A stretch of DNA of 64,000 bases from Calditrichia bacterium (GCA_050633245.1 JBOEGD010000016.1:129645-193644), one strand, 5' to 3'. Numbered from the stretch's first letter, positions 1-9,949 are shown. Made by a program: numbers and translations. Notes: generated from the sequence alone by a model not told the origin.

Positions 1-268
1 AGATATGTTTATCGCGCCAGTGGCTATAGATGAATTTAGCCAAGCCCGACAACGCACGTTCAACACCATCCTCAATCTCGCAGAAAACAATCTGCTCGCC
101 AAGCTCGGCAGATTCAAGCGACGCTTCTATCAGAGGTGGGACAATGATCGATTTGTGTTCTCGCTCTTCAAAAGAAAAGGCATTGTTGCCGGTTGCGGTC
201 TTAATAGAAAAACCGCTGTAGAGCTTCATCAGCTCTGCCAGCGGCTTTTTCATACTATTTGCTACCAT
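1..268 (-). CDS. UPF0489-like protein, N-terminal part (runs off window start)
   Basis: Not in the ORF track. Manual translation from ATG 268 (or 253) gives MVANSMKKPLAELMKLYSGFSIKTATGNNAFSFEEREHKSIIVPPLIEAS...GLAKFIYSHWRDKHI, open to the edge. It starts 4 nt after the ALDH stop. The GNNAFSFEER motif is recalled from UPF0489 proteins. Confidence 0.6.
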   Translation of the reverse strand, partial: MVANSMKKPLAELMKLYSGFSIKTATGNNAFSFEEREHKSIIVPPLIEASLESAELGEQIVFCEIEDGVERALSGLAKFIYSHWRDKHI

Positions 269-272
269 ATCG

Positions 273-1703
273 TTAGGCCAATGTCGCCTGAACATGCAGC
301 GCACGCTGGCGGTAAAGATGTTCGAACAAGTTACCTTCATGCGGCTGATCCCAGGCAATTTTCATGGTAGGAACCGGTCCAATGTTCAAACGCTCTACAT
401 TCGGCGATGCAAATAATTCATTGACATAGTTCTGATCCTTTGTAATTGCCGAAACAACCAGAGTTGGCCCCATCTCATTCAGAATGCGATCCTGCGGCAC
501 TTCCACCACCGTTACAAACGGAAACAAGTATTCGCTGGATGCCAGTGGATGCTGCGGGTCTTCACAGTAGACAACCGTCGGTAGCAGAAATACGCAGTCA
601 TCAAGCTCTACCAGTCGGCTACCCTCACGGTATTTTGCCGTCAGGTCTTCAGCACCTTCGGTCTGCAGCTGACTATCTATTGCATCATTCAGCATATAGG
701 CCAGCTTCTTATTGGCAAAAGCTGCGATTTGGGCATTCGGATCATCCATCGTCGTTGCAGTAACCTTGGCAAGGCGCTTCGCCAGTTCTTCAGCAATTTC
801 ACGTCCACGACGCGGCACCCAAAGTCCTGAAGCATTGATGCAGGAACGTCCGCCATTTGCAACAACGGAATGTTCTACCACATCGAGATGCTGATTAAAA
901 TCGTCTACCTGGTCTTCACCAAAGAGGACCTTACTCCAGCCCGGTCCATGAATCTGAACGCGTTTGTCGTTCTTCCATGGTGCAACCGTGTTCTTATCAC
1001 CAAAGAACATGGAACGACCGGTGCGCAGTAAAATTTCACGTGCGCCATCATAGCTGGTGGGATAGTAGCCAAAAACTTCCGGCGGACAACCGGCAGCCAT
1101 AAAAGACTGTGCAATGCGATAAGGCGTCCACGGCTCCTGACTACCCGGCTTTAGCACAACCGGCACCTTCAGGGCGATGGCTTGAATCCAGAGCGAGTGA
1201 ACCCCGGGCGAATTGCTCGGCAAAATAGCTCCCAGAGCATTGGTTTCGCAGAGAAAATTTAGCGGCCTGCCATCTTGCTCAACCCAGCCTTTATCGAGAA
1301 TGGACAGATCGAGACCGCGGGTAAGTCCACCAAGCACTTCTTCCATGCCTTCCATAACCAGCGTTATTTTTGCCATATTGGTTCGGCAAAGTGCCTCCGG
1401 CATTCCGGTAGTGGCAGACAAATTGGTAATGTACTCTTCCGGTGTTTGAGTGCCGTCTCCCATCGGGAGTTCGCTTTCATTGAAGTATTTCGCGGCTCGC
1501 TTACACATGTCCAGCAACTCACGAATCGGAATAGCATCCAGAACCTTTTTATTATGGGCGGCATCGCGCATATCTTTGTTAATCAATCCGGGATTGGCCT
1601 GACTCATTTCTGCAACCGGCTCTCCGGTGCGGAAATGGGGAATCGTAACCGTAGTGAGGCTTTTATACGGTTTCCCGGCTCGTAATATGGGTATATGAAT
1701 CAT
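273..1703 (-). CDS. Aldehyde dehydrogenase-fold protein, EhpG/LuxC-like acyl-reductase type
   Basis: LPSNSP, LKPGSQEP, catalytic Cys in NGGRSCINAS, EYLFPF. HGPG replaces the canonical ELGG. Confidence 0.8.
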   Translation of the reverse strand: MIHIPILRAGKPYKSLTTVTIPHFRTGEPVAEMSQANPGLINKDMRDAAHNKKVLDAIPIRELLDMCKRAAKYFNESELPMGDGTQTPEEYITNLSATTGMPEALCRTNMAKITLVMEGMEEVLGGLTRGLDLSILDKGWVEQDGRPLNFLCETNALGAILPSNSPGVHSLWIQAIALKVPVVLKPGSQEPWTPYRIAQSFMAAGCPPEVFGYYPTSYDGAREILLRTGRSMFFGDKNTVAPWKNDKRVQIHGPGWSKVLFGEDQVDDFNQHLDVVEHSVVANGGRSCINASGLWVPRRGREIAEELAKRLAKVTATTMDDPNAQIAAFANKKLAYMLNDAIDSQLQTEGAEDLTAKYREGSRLVELDDCVFLLPTVVYCEDPQHPLASSEYLFPFVTVVEVPQDRILNEMGPTLVVSAITKDQNYVNELFASPNVERLNIGPVPTMKIAWDQPHEGNLFEHLYRQRALHVQATLA

Positions 1704-1732
1704 ACGGATATCTCCGTTTGGTTTTATTGGGT

Positions 1733-2842
1733 TTAATAAACACCTACAACGACTGACTGCTGAAAGCGCGAGAACAAACGCAGGTTCGATACGCCATCCC
1801 AGGGATAGGCATCAATCGGTTCAGCGCGTTCACCTTCATCGCGTTCTAGGAATCGTGGCATAAAGAATTCTTTAGTCAGCGTGGTTAAGATAACACGTCC
1901 GGTTTCACCATAATCAACAAGCTCATCAGGGTTGTCCGGATTGACCAGTTCAAACACAGCACGTGGATGCGGACCATAATAGGTAATGGCGTAATCGTCT
2001 TTCTGATCGAATGGCTTATTACAGGCCAGTCCCATTAGCGTGTTGCCATAGGTTGGTTGAAAATCGATTCCGGGAATCAACTCTTCACGTGCGAAGCGAT
2101 GAAATTGCGCATTCATCTCGGTTCCACCGCAAAAAATACCGGTTACACCATGCTTGACGAGCGAGATTTTCTCACAGAGAGACTCAAGTAGCTTCGGCGT
2201 GGTAAACACGCATTTTATATTGTCATGGGCACGAAGAATTTTCAGCGCCTGATCGATAACGTGTTGCTTATACAGCTCGAGCTCCTGCATCTTGCCGGCT
2301 TTAATGAGCTTGTTTACCCAGCGCGGATCGAGATCGACAAAAAAGCAGATACCGCCGCGGTGCTGAGCCAGATGCTCTACAGCCAGGCGCAAACGACGTG
2401 GCCCACTCGGACCAAGCATCAACCAGTCACCGCCTTTGGGGAAGGTCTCATCAGAAAGCGTTTCGCTGAACATTTCATAATCCGTCCGAAAATCGTTAAT
2501 ATTTATACGCGATTTCGGTACGCCGGTTGAGCCACCGGTTTCAAATATATTAATCGGACTATTTGCATACGGTTTCGGCACCCATCGTCTCACCGGGCCA
2601 CCACGCAGCCATTCGTCCTGAAAATGACCAAGGATTTTAAGATCGTTGTAACCACCGATCTCTTTGCGCGGATCAAAGTCCAGGTTCTCCGCGTAGTTCA
2701 GCCAGAAGGGACAACCGGTTTCAGGACTAAAGTGCCAGTCTACAATTTCGCGAACGTGAGTGTCCAGCTTATCCTGTGCTGCCGCAATCTTTTGAGACAG
2801 CGATTTATCTAGAATATCCATAAGTTCCTCATTATAAAGCAT
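1733..2842 (-). CDS. EhpF/LuxE/PaaK-like adenylate-forming enzyme (ANL superfamily, short form)
   Basis: WHFSPETGCPFWL, P-loop ETGGSTGVPK, YGNT, GETGRVILTTL, ERD. Likely start is MDILD. Confidence 0.75.
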   Translation of the reverse strand: MLYNEELMDILDKSLSQKIAAAQDKLDTHVREIVDWHFSPETGCPFWLNYAENLDFDPRKEIGGYNDLKILGHFQDEWLRGGPVRRWVPKPYANSPINIFETGGSTGVPKSRININDFRTDYEMFSETLSDETFPKGGDWLMLGPSGPRRLRLAVEHLAQHRGGICFFVDLDPRWVNKLIKAGKMQELELYKQHVIDQALKILRAHDNIKCVFTTPKLLESLCEKISLVKHGVTGIFCGGTEMNAQFHRFAREELIPGIDFQPTYGNTLMGLACNKPFDQKDDYAITYYGPHPRAVFELVNPDNPDELVDYGETGRVILTTLTKEFFMPRFLERDEGERAEPIDAYPWDGVSNLRLFSRFQQSVVVGVY

Positions 2843-2857
2843 CAGGTTTGGGGTTCG

Positions 2858-5011
2858 TTATTCTCCGATTCCAAAAAGATGGCTTTGGCCGCGAACGAAT
2901 ATCATACCATCTGCAATGGCCGGCGTGGCCATCACCACTTCTCCAACATCATTCTGAGCCACAATGCTATAGCTATCGCCGGCATCAGCTACGTAAATTG
3001 TTCCATCCTCACTGGCAAGGTAGATCAAACCGTCGGCAGCAACGGGAGACGCAGAGAATGCATAACCGCCACCACGTCCACCAAGACGCTCCCTAAACTT
3101 GCGTTCGCCGGTCAGTGCATCAAAGCAGCTAAACGTGCCGTTATTGGTACAAACAAACAGATTCTTCTCATAAATAATCGGCGTCGGCATATAAGGGCCA
3201 CCACGCTGAGTACTCCAGGAGATGTGATCACTGGACGTTTCGCCTTCGGCAAGAGAAATATCTCCTTTTGCGCCCGGTTTTATAACATAAATCGGTTGAA
3301 TGGGTCGATAGCCACTGGAAATGTAAAACATTCCATGAGCGACAAACGGCGTCGGAACAGCAATTTCCGAATTGCCTTTTAGCGTCCAAATCTCAGCACC
3401 CGTTTCAGGATTGTAGCCACGAATGCCGTGCGTGCCATTTGTCAGAAGCTCAGCCGCATCACCATCTGAATAAACGGTAGGACTAGCCCAGGAAGGAATC
3501 TCATCGCGATCGGTCTTCCAGCGCAGCTTACCGTCTTTCAAACCATAAGCAGCGATATAAGAGTCTTTCTGCTTATCACACTGTACAATCACCATATCGC
3601 GATAAATGATCGGTGAACTGGCATGTCCCCACTGATAGTCAGGATCGTAAAACCACCCTGAATCGAGATAACCAAGATCCTGCTTCCACAGCAGTTCTCC
3701 GTCAATATTGTAGCAGAATAAACCTTCTGCGCCAAACAGGGCAACAACGTATTTACCATTTGTTACCGGCGTTGAATTTGCCTGAGTGGCTTTGGTATGC
3801 CTTTTTACTTGCGGCACCCCCCGATACGCCTCGCGCTCCCATATGATGCTGCCATTCTTCTTGTTGATACAATAGACGCGCCAGGAATGCTCGGAAACAT
3901 CAGCGTCTGGCGCCACGTCACCATACAAGCCAACACGTAGTGCAGAGGATGTATCACTGCTTAGCGCGGTAGTTATAAAAAGTCGGTCTTTCCAAATTAT
4001 CGGACTGGAATGAGCCAATCCTGGAATGGGCGTTTTCCACTTGATATTTTTGCCGCTCTCGACATCCCACTCAACAGGCGGGAACTGCTTATCGGCAACG
4101 CCTGTTGCCCCCTGTCCACGAAATGAAGGCCAATTTTGAGCAACAACTTTGCCTTTAGGGCGAATGCTCGGTGCAGCCTCTTCCACAACGGCAGACTTTT
4201 CTTCTTCCGGCTGGCTGCGCTTAAAAATAAACTTTGAATTCCCCTGCTCCAGTTCGAAGCTCTCGGCTTCGCTTGTTCCTTGTGGGAAGCGAACCGTAAT
4301 ACCCTCAAATTCTACGGACTTGAATGTCGTCTCATCTTCCGGAGCATAGGTTAGTGCGGGCTGTCCCGGTACTACACCTTTTAGCGAACCATTTTCGATG
4401 GAGAAGGTGAGTTTCATCCCAAAATCGCTGTTATCATATTTTCCGACATAACGCTTAAGAACTGACTCCGATACCTTTTGCTCTTTCGGCTTCTCAATCG
4501 TCTTAGCTCCGGCTTTTTCCAAAGCTGCAACCATTTCAGGTTTCTCACCACTCTTCGCTGTAGCAAGGGCGCGGGAAAGCGCATCCGCATCGGCCTTTCC
4601 GCTTTCCAGAACGACCTGCAAAAGCTCTGCGTTATTTTCCTGAACCGCTGTTAACAGCACAGCATCTGCGCCTTCGGAACCACGTTCTAACAAAATTTTA
4701 ACAACGGTAGCATGCTTATTGTAAGAAGCCCAATCAATAGCAGACGCGCCATAGAAAGTATCTTTACGATTTAGCTCTGCGCCTTTATCGAGCAGTAGTG
4801 TAACAAGCTCAACATTTCCGCGATCACAGGCATAAGTAAGTGCCGTCACTTCATAGCGTCCGGTGGCGTTTACGTCTGCACCGTCAGCTAAAAGCTGCTT
4901 TACTTTTACAACATCGCCGGCACGAACAGCTTCCAGAAAAGCTTCATCGTTCTCTCCAGCAAAGAGAGACATAGCGCTAAAGAGGAGAAAAAACATGGTA
5001 TAAATCCGCAT
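2858..5011 (-). CDS. Secreted ankyrin-repeat + DUF3471-like + PQQ-like beta-propeller protein
   Basis: Signal peptide, ankyrin repeats (GADVNATGRYEVTALTYAC), LKRYVGKY domain, then WPSFRG and repeated SSP/TP..G..W propeller blades. Confidence 0.85.
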   Translation of the reverse strand: MRIYTMFFLLFSAMSLFAGENDEAFLEAVRAGDVVKVKQLLADGADVNATGRYEVTALTYACDRGNVELVTLLLDKGAELNRKDTFYGASAIDWASYNKHATVVKILLERGSEGADAVLLTAVQENNAELLQVVLESGKADADALSRALATAKSGEKPEMVAALEKAGAKTIEKPKEQKVSESVLKRYVGKYDNSDFGMKLTFSIENGSLKGVVPGQPALTYAPEDETTFKSVEFEGITVRFPQGTSEAESFELEQGNSKFIFKRSQPEEEKSAVVEEAAPSIRPKGKVVAQNWPSFRGQGATGVADKQFPPVEWDVESGKNIKWKTPIPGLAHSSPIIWKDRLFITTALSSDTSSALRVGLYGDVAPDADVSEHSWRVYCINKKNGSIIWEREAYRGVPQVKRHTKATQANSTPVTNGKYVVALFGAEGLFCYNIDGELLWKQDLGYLDSGWFYDPDYQWGHASSPIIYRDMVIVQCDKQKDSYIAAYGLKDGKLRWKTDRDEIPSWASPTVYSDGDAAELLTNGTHGIRGYNPETGAEIWTLKGNSEIAVPTPFVAHGMFYISSGYRPIQPIYVIKPGAKGDISLAEGETSSDHISWSTQRGGPYMPTPIIYEKNLFVCTNNGTFSCFDALTGERKFRERLGGRGGGYAFSASPVAADGLIYLASEDGTIYVADAGDSYSIVAQNDVGEVVMATPAIADGMIFVRGQSHLFGIGE

Positions 5012-5086
5012 ACTTGCTCCTGAAAGCTTGGTATTTCAATTTAAAAACATGAGTTGCCCAGAGCCCAATAGTTCACATAAAGACGT

Positions 5087-5114
5087 TGAATTTTGAACCC
5101 TGAACCCTGAATTT
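5087..5114. repeat. Heptamer tandem repeat TGAAYYY x4
   Basis: TGAATTT TGAACCC TGAACCC TGAATTT, directly after the stop of 5118..6578. Confidence 0.7.
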
Positions 5115-5117
5115 ATT

Positions 5118-6578
5118 TTACATATTTGCGTCTATTGCAAACAATGTCGTGCGGCTGGCAATATACAGAACACCATTATAAACGGTTGGCGTAGAGTATA
5201 CTGCGCTACCCATGTTTACTTCGTGAATCAGCTCTTTGGTTTTAGAAGCGCGAAGTACTGCAACATCGCCGTCTTCATCACCAATATAAACCTTACCATC
5301 CGTAACAAATGGTGATCCCCAAATGGCAGCAAATGTATCATAAATCCAGTGCTCTTTACCAGTGTTTACATCCAGGCAATACAGAAAACCGCTCAGATCG
5401 GAAATGAACATCAGGTCGTCGATAATTGCGGCGGTTGCCATGGTGCGATTGAAGTCATCACCACTGCGCTGCCAAATATTACCGGTTTCGGTAATGTCTC
5501 CGGTTTGGGAAGCATCGATGCAATACAAGTTACCAGGTGCTTCGCCGTGCTCCGGATCTTGTCCAACGCCAAGATAGACTTTACCATCCAGAAATACCGG
5601 AGTTGAGATCAGATTATTGCGCGTACCGGAACCACCAAGAATCCACTTGGAATCCTTCGGGTTACAGTCAAATTGCCAGATCAGGTCACCGGTTTTCGGA
5701 TCGAAGCTATATGCAACTCCATCCCCGCCGGGAAAAACCACCTGCTCACGGCCACCAGCTATACCATAAGCCGGATTGGCCCAAGTACCGTGAAGGATAT
5801 CTTCACCGGGAAGGTTGTTTTCCCAAACAACTTCACCGCTATTCTTGTTAATGGCAAGAAAGCTGGGTGCTTCAGGCGAAGGAATAATGATATGGCTTTC
5901 ATCGACACCATTCCCGGTCGTTAAATAAAGCATGTCTCCGACAAGCAATGGGCAACCAACAGCCAGGTTATGCGGGAATACATCCAGCTCATCGATGGTA
6001 TCCAACTTCCAGATAATATCTTCATCGATTTTGCTGTTTTCAACTTCATCCTTGTACGGTCCGCGATTTTCACCGTCCAGGAAACCATCCAGATCAGCAG
6101 CAATCACTTCAGCGCGATTAGACACATAATAAATAATGTCGCCTTCAATAGCAGGTGTCGAGCAAATGCCCTGCAGCGGCCAGTCATTTACCATACCAGA
6201 CGGCAGCTTGGCGTGGGCTGCCTGCCAGAGAAATTCACCCTTGTCTTCAGTAAAAACCATCAGGTTTCCGCGATCGCCACCCAGCTTGGGATTGCGAACA
6301 GCTTCATTGTTGGTGGCAATAACTACTTTGCCGTCAACAACCTGCGGGTTGGTATAGGTTTGTGATCCCAGCTTGGCAGTCCACTTAATGTGCTTACCGG
6401 TTTCCGGATCCCAGCTATGCGATATTCCGGTTGCTTCCTTTACCATATTGCGCGTAGCATCAAATCCATACATTGTCAGCACCGGAGCATCGGCCGATTT
6501 ATCAGATTTCGTCTCCCTAGCTCCCGGTGTACTTACCAGAAGCAAGAGCAGTATAACTGCAACTATTTTTAACATCAT
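5118..6578 (-). CDS. Secreted PQQ-like beta-propeller protein (planctomycete-type)
   Basis: Signal peptide, KWTAKLGSQTY, GICSTP, GQDPEHGE, IWGSP, VYSTP blades. Confidence 0.85.
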   Translation of the reverse strand: MMLKIVAVILLLLLVSTPGARETKSDKSADAPVLTMYGFDATRNMVKEATGISHSWDPETGKHIKWTAKLGSQTYTNPQVVDGKVVIATNNEAVRNPKLGGDRGNLMVFTEDKGEFLWQAAHAKLPSGMVNDWPLQGICSTPAIEGDIIYYVSNRAEVIAADLDGFLDGENRGPYKDEVENSKIDEDIIWKLDTIDELDVFPHNLAVGCPLLVGDMLYLTTGNGVDESHIIIPSPEAPSFLAINKNSGEVVWENNLPGEDILHGTWANPAYGIAGGREQVVFPGGDGVAYSFDPKTGDLIWQFDCNPKDSKWILGGSGTRNNLISTPVFLDGKVYLGVGQDPEHGEAPGNLYCIDASQTGDITETGNIWQRSGDDFNRTMATAAIIDDLMFISDLSGFLYCLDVNTGKEHWIYDTFAAIWGSPFVTDGKVYIGDEDGDVAVLRASKTKELIHEVNMGSAVYSTPTVYNGVLYIASRTTLFAIDANM

Positions 6579-6609
6579 ATCTTAAATTCTCCTCAGAAAA
6601 ATTTTATGC

Positions 6610-8877
6610 TTACTTTGCTGTTACTTTCACATTGTCGTAATAGTGCTCGGTATAAGATACCCCGATAATTCCCGGGCTACCCTGCATTACCGGATACGGA
6701 TCTTCAGTCGTAATTGACCAATCTGTCGGCTCAGCTTCGTCTCGTGGCCAAACCTTACCGCGGATAATTGCTTTACCGCCTTCATAGGAGACATCGAGCT
6801 TCATCGTATACCAGCGATTCTCTTCCCACTTAAACGGCACTACTTCCTGAATACGGTATTCCGAGACCCAGGAGCGCAGTTCCAGGCGATTGCGCTTACC
6901 CATCAAGTCCATTTCGTAGCCATGAGAGATTAGTCCAATATCCGAACGCTTACGCTTGTTCCGCTGATCCATAAAATCGGTCTGAATCACGTAGCCCTTC
7001 ATGTCCGACGGTCCAAAATAAGTAGAATGACGCTGAATACCTCTCTTTGCGAGCGGCTTTGAAAGTACCTTATTACCATCTTCCAGCGTTTTTACAATGA
7101 ACTTACCACCGGGTGATCGCGAACTGCTTGTGCCAATCCACGGGCTCGGATTCCCACCATCCTCAATATCTTCAAAGTCTTCCGTCCAAGGCAAATTGGG
7201 GAATACCCGAACGCGAGCGGTTCCACTGACTCCGTCTACCGTCGCCATAACTTTACCGGCATGCATTTTTTTCATGTTCGTTGGAAACGTCATGCTTCCA
7301 TCGGAAGCAATTGAACCCTCAACACCCTGCAGTTTCCATTCAGCAGCGGACTCACGCAGAAAGCGGCCAGCCTGATCGAACAAACGTGCACGGAAGGTGA
7401 CCTTATCACCGGCACGAGCATCGAGTTCGGCAGGAACAACCTGTACCCAGGCTACCGCAGCGTCTTTGGTAGACTGCGGTTCAGCCAACACACGCTCCGG
7501 CATTTTGCCAGTGACGAAAGGACGCGCTTTATCGCCAAGGCAATAAACGCCTACCTCGGTAGCGAAATATACACGGCCATAAGCAATCGCTACAGATCCA
7601 TATATCTCTGCCGCGCGCTCTTCAGTTTTCATATGAATTTCTTCTTCGTCCAAAACCTCAACGCCGGTAGCGGAAGGCTTGAGGATATACATGCGACCAT
7701 TTGTTTCAGTCACATAAATTTTGCCGTCAGCCCAAACCGGAGACGGTCGGCCGATTGTTCCAAGGCTATGCTCCCACATTTTCTCGCCGGTTTTGGCATT
7801 TAGGGCATACATCATTGCGGCATTGTCAATTGCGTAGATAACGCCATCTTTAATCATAGGTGATGAGTTACCGATTTCTGCATCATATCGCCATACTTCG
7901 TTTGTCTTTGTAATGTCGCCACTACCGCTGGCGTTAATCGCTACTAAACGTCCCATTTGCGGGGTATCAACATTTTCTTCACTATGCCCGGCATACACCA
8001 TATTCCCATCGATAACAACAGAAGAGTTCATTCCACGCTTGCTCAGCTTGAATTCCCAAACCTTTTCACCGGTACGGGCTTTCATAGCGTAAACCGTTCC
8101 ATCAGCGTTTCCGCCAATCAGCAGACGTTCGCCATCAATAATTGCAACGCTTGGCATGGTATAAATGTTTGGTGCTTTAAAAACACCGCTCGGTGTTGCG
8201 GTCCAAACGGTTTCACCGGTGCGCTTATCGAAAGCAAAATGACGGTGTTTCATTGGCTTCTGCTCACCCCAACCAGCGGAGACATAACCGGTGATGAGCA
8301 AATCTTCGTCGATTAGCGGACTGGTGCTACGGCCGCCATAACCGGTGCGGGTTCCAAATTCTTCCGTAAGAGAACGCTTCCAAACAATCTTGCCATCTTT
8401 GTCGAAGCAGTGTATCATCGCGCCACTACCAACCGCATAAACATAACCGGTTTCAGCGTCCCCACCCATGCTAGCCCAACCCAATCGATTAAACGGAACG
8501 GATGTTAAGCGCATATTGTAGCGGTATTCCCAGAGCTGGGCGCCGGTTCCGGCATCAAAACAGGCAACTATCTCCTGCTTGGAAATCCCATCTCCGGTTC
8601 TACCGATCACATAAACACGACCGTCTTGAACTATCGGCGTTGAACGACCGATAAAGTCGGCCTTCCAAAGCAGGTTTTCACCTTCCTGAGACCAACTGTC
8701 TATCAGGCCTTTCTCTGTAGAGACACCATTAAGCGTTGGTCCGCGCCAGTTGCGCCATTCAGTCGTTTCTACCATCTTACTGTCTTTAACCATTTTACTG
8801 TCTTTAACGTTTCCGCTGCTGCACGCGGCAAGCAGGGCAAAGATAAAGGCAGAGGCTATCAGCAAATGAAATCGCAT
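6610..8877 (-). CDS. Lipoprotein: PQQ-like beta-propeller + Ig-like domain + C-terminal jelly-roll (DUF1080/ConA-like) domain
   Basis: Lipobox LAAC, WRNWRGP, propeller blades, VQVVPAE Ig-like segment, IRGKVWPRDEAEP..W C-terminal motif. Confidence 0.8.
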   Translation of the reverse strand: MRFHLLIASAFIFALLAACSSGNVKDSKMVKDSKMVETTEWRNWRGPTLNGVSTEKGLIDSWSQEGENLLWKADFIGRSTPIVQDGRVYVIGRTGDGISKQEIVACFDAGTGAQLWEYRYNMRLTSVPFNRLGWASMGGDAETGYVYAVGSGAMIHCFDKDGKIVWKRSLTEEFGTRTGYGGRSTSPLIDEDLLITGYVSAGWGEQKPMKHRHFAFDKRTGETVWTATPSGVFKAPNIYTMPSVAIIDGERLLIGGNADGTVYAMKARTGEKVWEFKLSKRGMNSSVVIDGNMVYAGHSEENVDTPQMGRLVAINASGSGDITKTNEVWRYDAEIGNSSPMIKDGVIYAIDNAAMMYALNAKTGEKMWEHSLGTIGRPSPVWADGKIYVTETNGRMYILKPSATGVEVLDEEEIHMKTEERAAEIYGSVAIAYGRVYFATEVGVYCLGDKARPFVTGKMPERVLAEPQSTKDAAVAWVQVVPAELDARAGDKVTFRARLFDQAGRFLRESAAEWKLQGVEGSIASDGSMTFPTNMKKMHAGKVMATVDGVSGTARVRVFPNLPWTEDFEDIEDGGNPSPWIGTSSSRSPGGKFIVKTLEDGNKVLSKPLAKRGIQRHSTYFGPSDMKGYVIQTDFMDQRNKRKRSDIGLISHGYEMDLMGKRNRLELRSWVSEYRIQEVVPFKWEENRWYTMKLDVSYEGGKAIIRGKVWPRDEAEPTDWSITTEDPYPVMQGSPGIIGVSYTEHYYDNVKVTAK
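8771..8806. repeat. In-frame 18-bp tandem duplication (VKDSKM x2) in lipoprotein linker
   Basis: accatcttactgtcttta / accattttactgtcttta, 1 mismatch. Confidence 0.85.
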
Positions 8878-9141
8878 GTTCTCTCCATTAATCAGTGTAT
8901 TTGAAATGAAATATGTATCATGTAGTTTTTGATGTGTCCAAAGAGGTTATTCGCATTGCCTTTCAACAAGACACGCTACTTCTTGTCAGGCGTGTTTATA
9001 TCTTGAAAACGACTTAAAGTAAATAAATTACGAGCGAATTCAAAAAAGGTTTATTTTTGTAATGATAGAAAAATAAAAAAAGATTCAGATTTCCACAGAA
9101 GAACTATAACTTCTCAAGCCAAACGACTATGGAGCATCTAT

Positions 9142-9891
9142 TTGAAATATACATCTTTGCCAAATTTAGAAGGACGTAAAAAGCCCTATATTATTGCCCA
9201 CCGTGGTAATAAAGCGAACTGTCCGGAGAATACATTAGCGGCCTTTTTGCGCGCAATAAAAGATGGAGCAGATATTCTGGAGACAGACCTGCACGTCACC
9301 ACTGACGGGCAATTTGTATGTATTCACGACTCAACGTTAGATCGCACCACTAATGGCAGCGGGCAGGTCGAAGACATGACCTTAAAGCAGGTGCGTCGCT
9401 TCAGTGCGTCTTATGGACAGCGCGAATTTGAATCGGAGCGCATTCCACTGTTGGAAGAAGTTGTGCAGATTATGCCGGAGAACATGGGATTGGCGCTTGA
9501 GTTGAAGTCAGACCGTTTTCTGGACGAGGAAACCTGCCGCAATCTCTATCAACTGCTAAAGAAGCTGAACATTCACTCTCGCACGATTGTGCTTTCCTTT
9601 TCCACGCGCAGACTGGAAGCGGTGGCAAAGTATGTCCCACAATTACCATCGGGCCTTATCAGTCTTTCCCGGCTACGTCCCTATCGAAGCACTCAGCTGG
9701 TGGGTCCCTTCTGGCCGATTCTGTTACTCAATCCGCGCTTTGTAAAAACAGCGCATAAGCGTAATCAAGCGGTCGCTCCTTTAGATCCGAATCCGGACTC
9801 ACGGCTTTGGCTATATGTAAAGTTGGGATGTGATGCGGTATTGACGGACAATCCGGCGAGTACCTTTGAGGCGCTGAAAGAGTATCGATAA
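9142..9891 (+). CDS. Glycerophosphodiester phosphodiesterase family protein
   Basis: IAHRG, PENTLAAF, ETDLH, IHD, ELK, TDNP motifs. Confidence 0.93.
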   Translation: MKYTSLPNLEGRKKPYIIAHRGNKANCPENTLAAFLRAIKDGADILETDLHVTTDGQFVCIHDSTLDRTTNGSGQVEDMTLKQVRRFSASYGQREFESERIPLLEEVVQIMPENMGLALELKSDRFLDEETCRNLYQLLKKLNIHSRTIVLSFSTRRLEAVAKYVPQLPSGLISLSRLRPYRSTQLVGPFWPILLLNPRFVKTAHKRNQAVAPLDPNPDSRLWLYVKLGCDAVLTDNPASTFEALKEYR

Positions 9892-9949
9892 CTGGGCGAC
9901 AAGGCGAGCGGGTGATGCGGCTTTGCCGCAGGGGGTAGGACGCTTCGCG

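Noticed and set aside
5-370. Plus-strand 121-aa ORF and most other short overlapping ORFs in the track
   Set aside because: They are antisense or alternate-frame to well-supported genes and show no recognisable motifs.
273-2842. Bioluminescence (lux) or phenazine biosynthesis cluster
   Set aside because: No luxA/B/D or phzA-G homologues are in the window. Only the adenylase/reductase pair is present.
2858-8877. BamB or PQQ-dependent alcohol dehydrogenases
   Set aside because: There is no bam/der context, and I see no vicinal Cys-Cys or other quinoprotein ADH hallmarks. Only generic propeller blades are visible.
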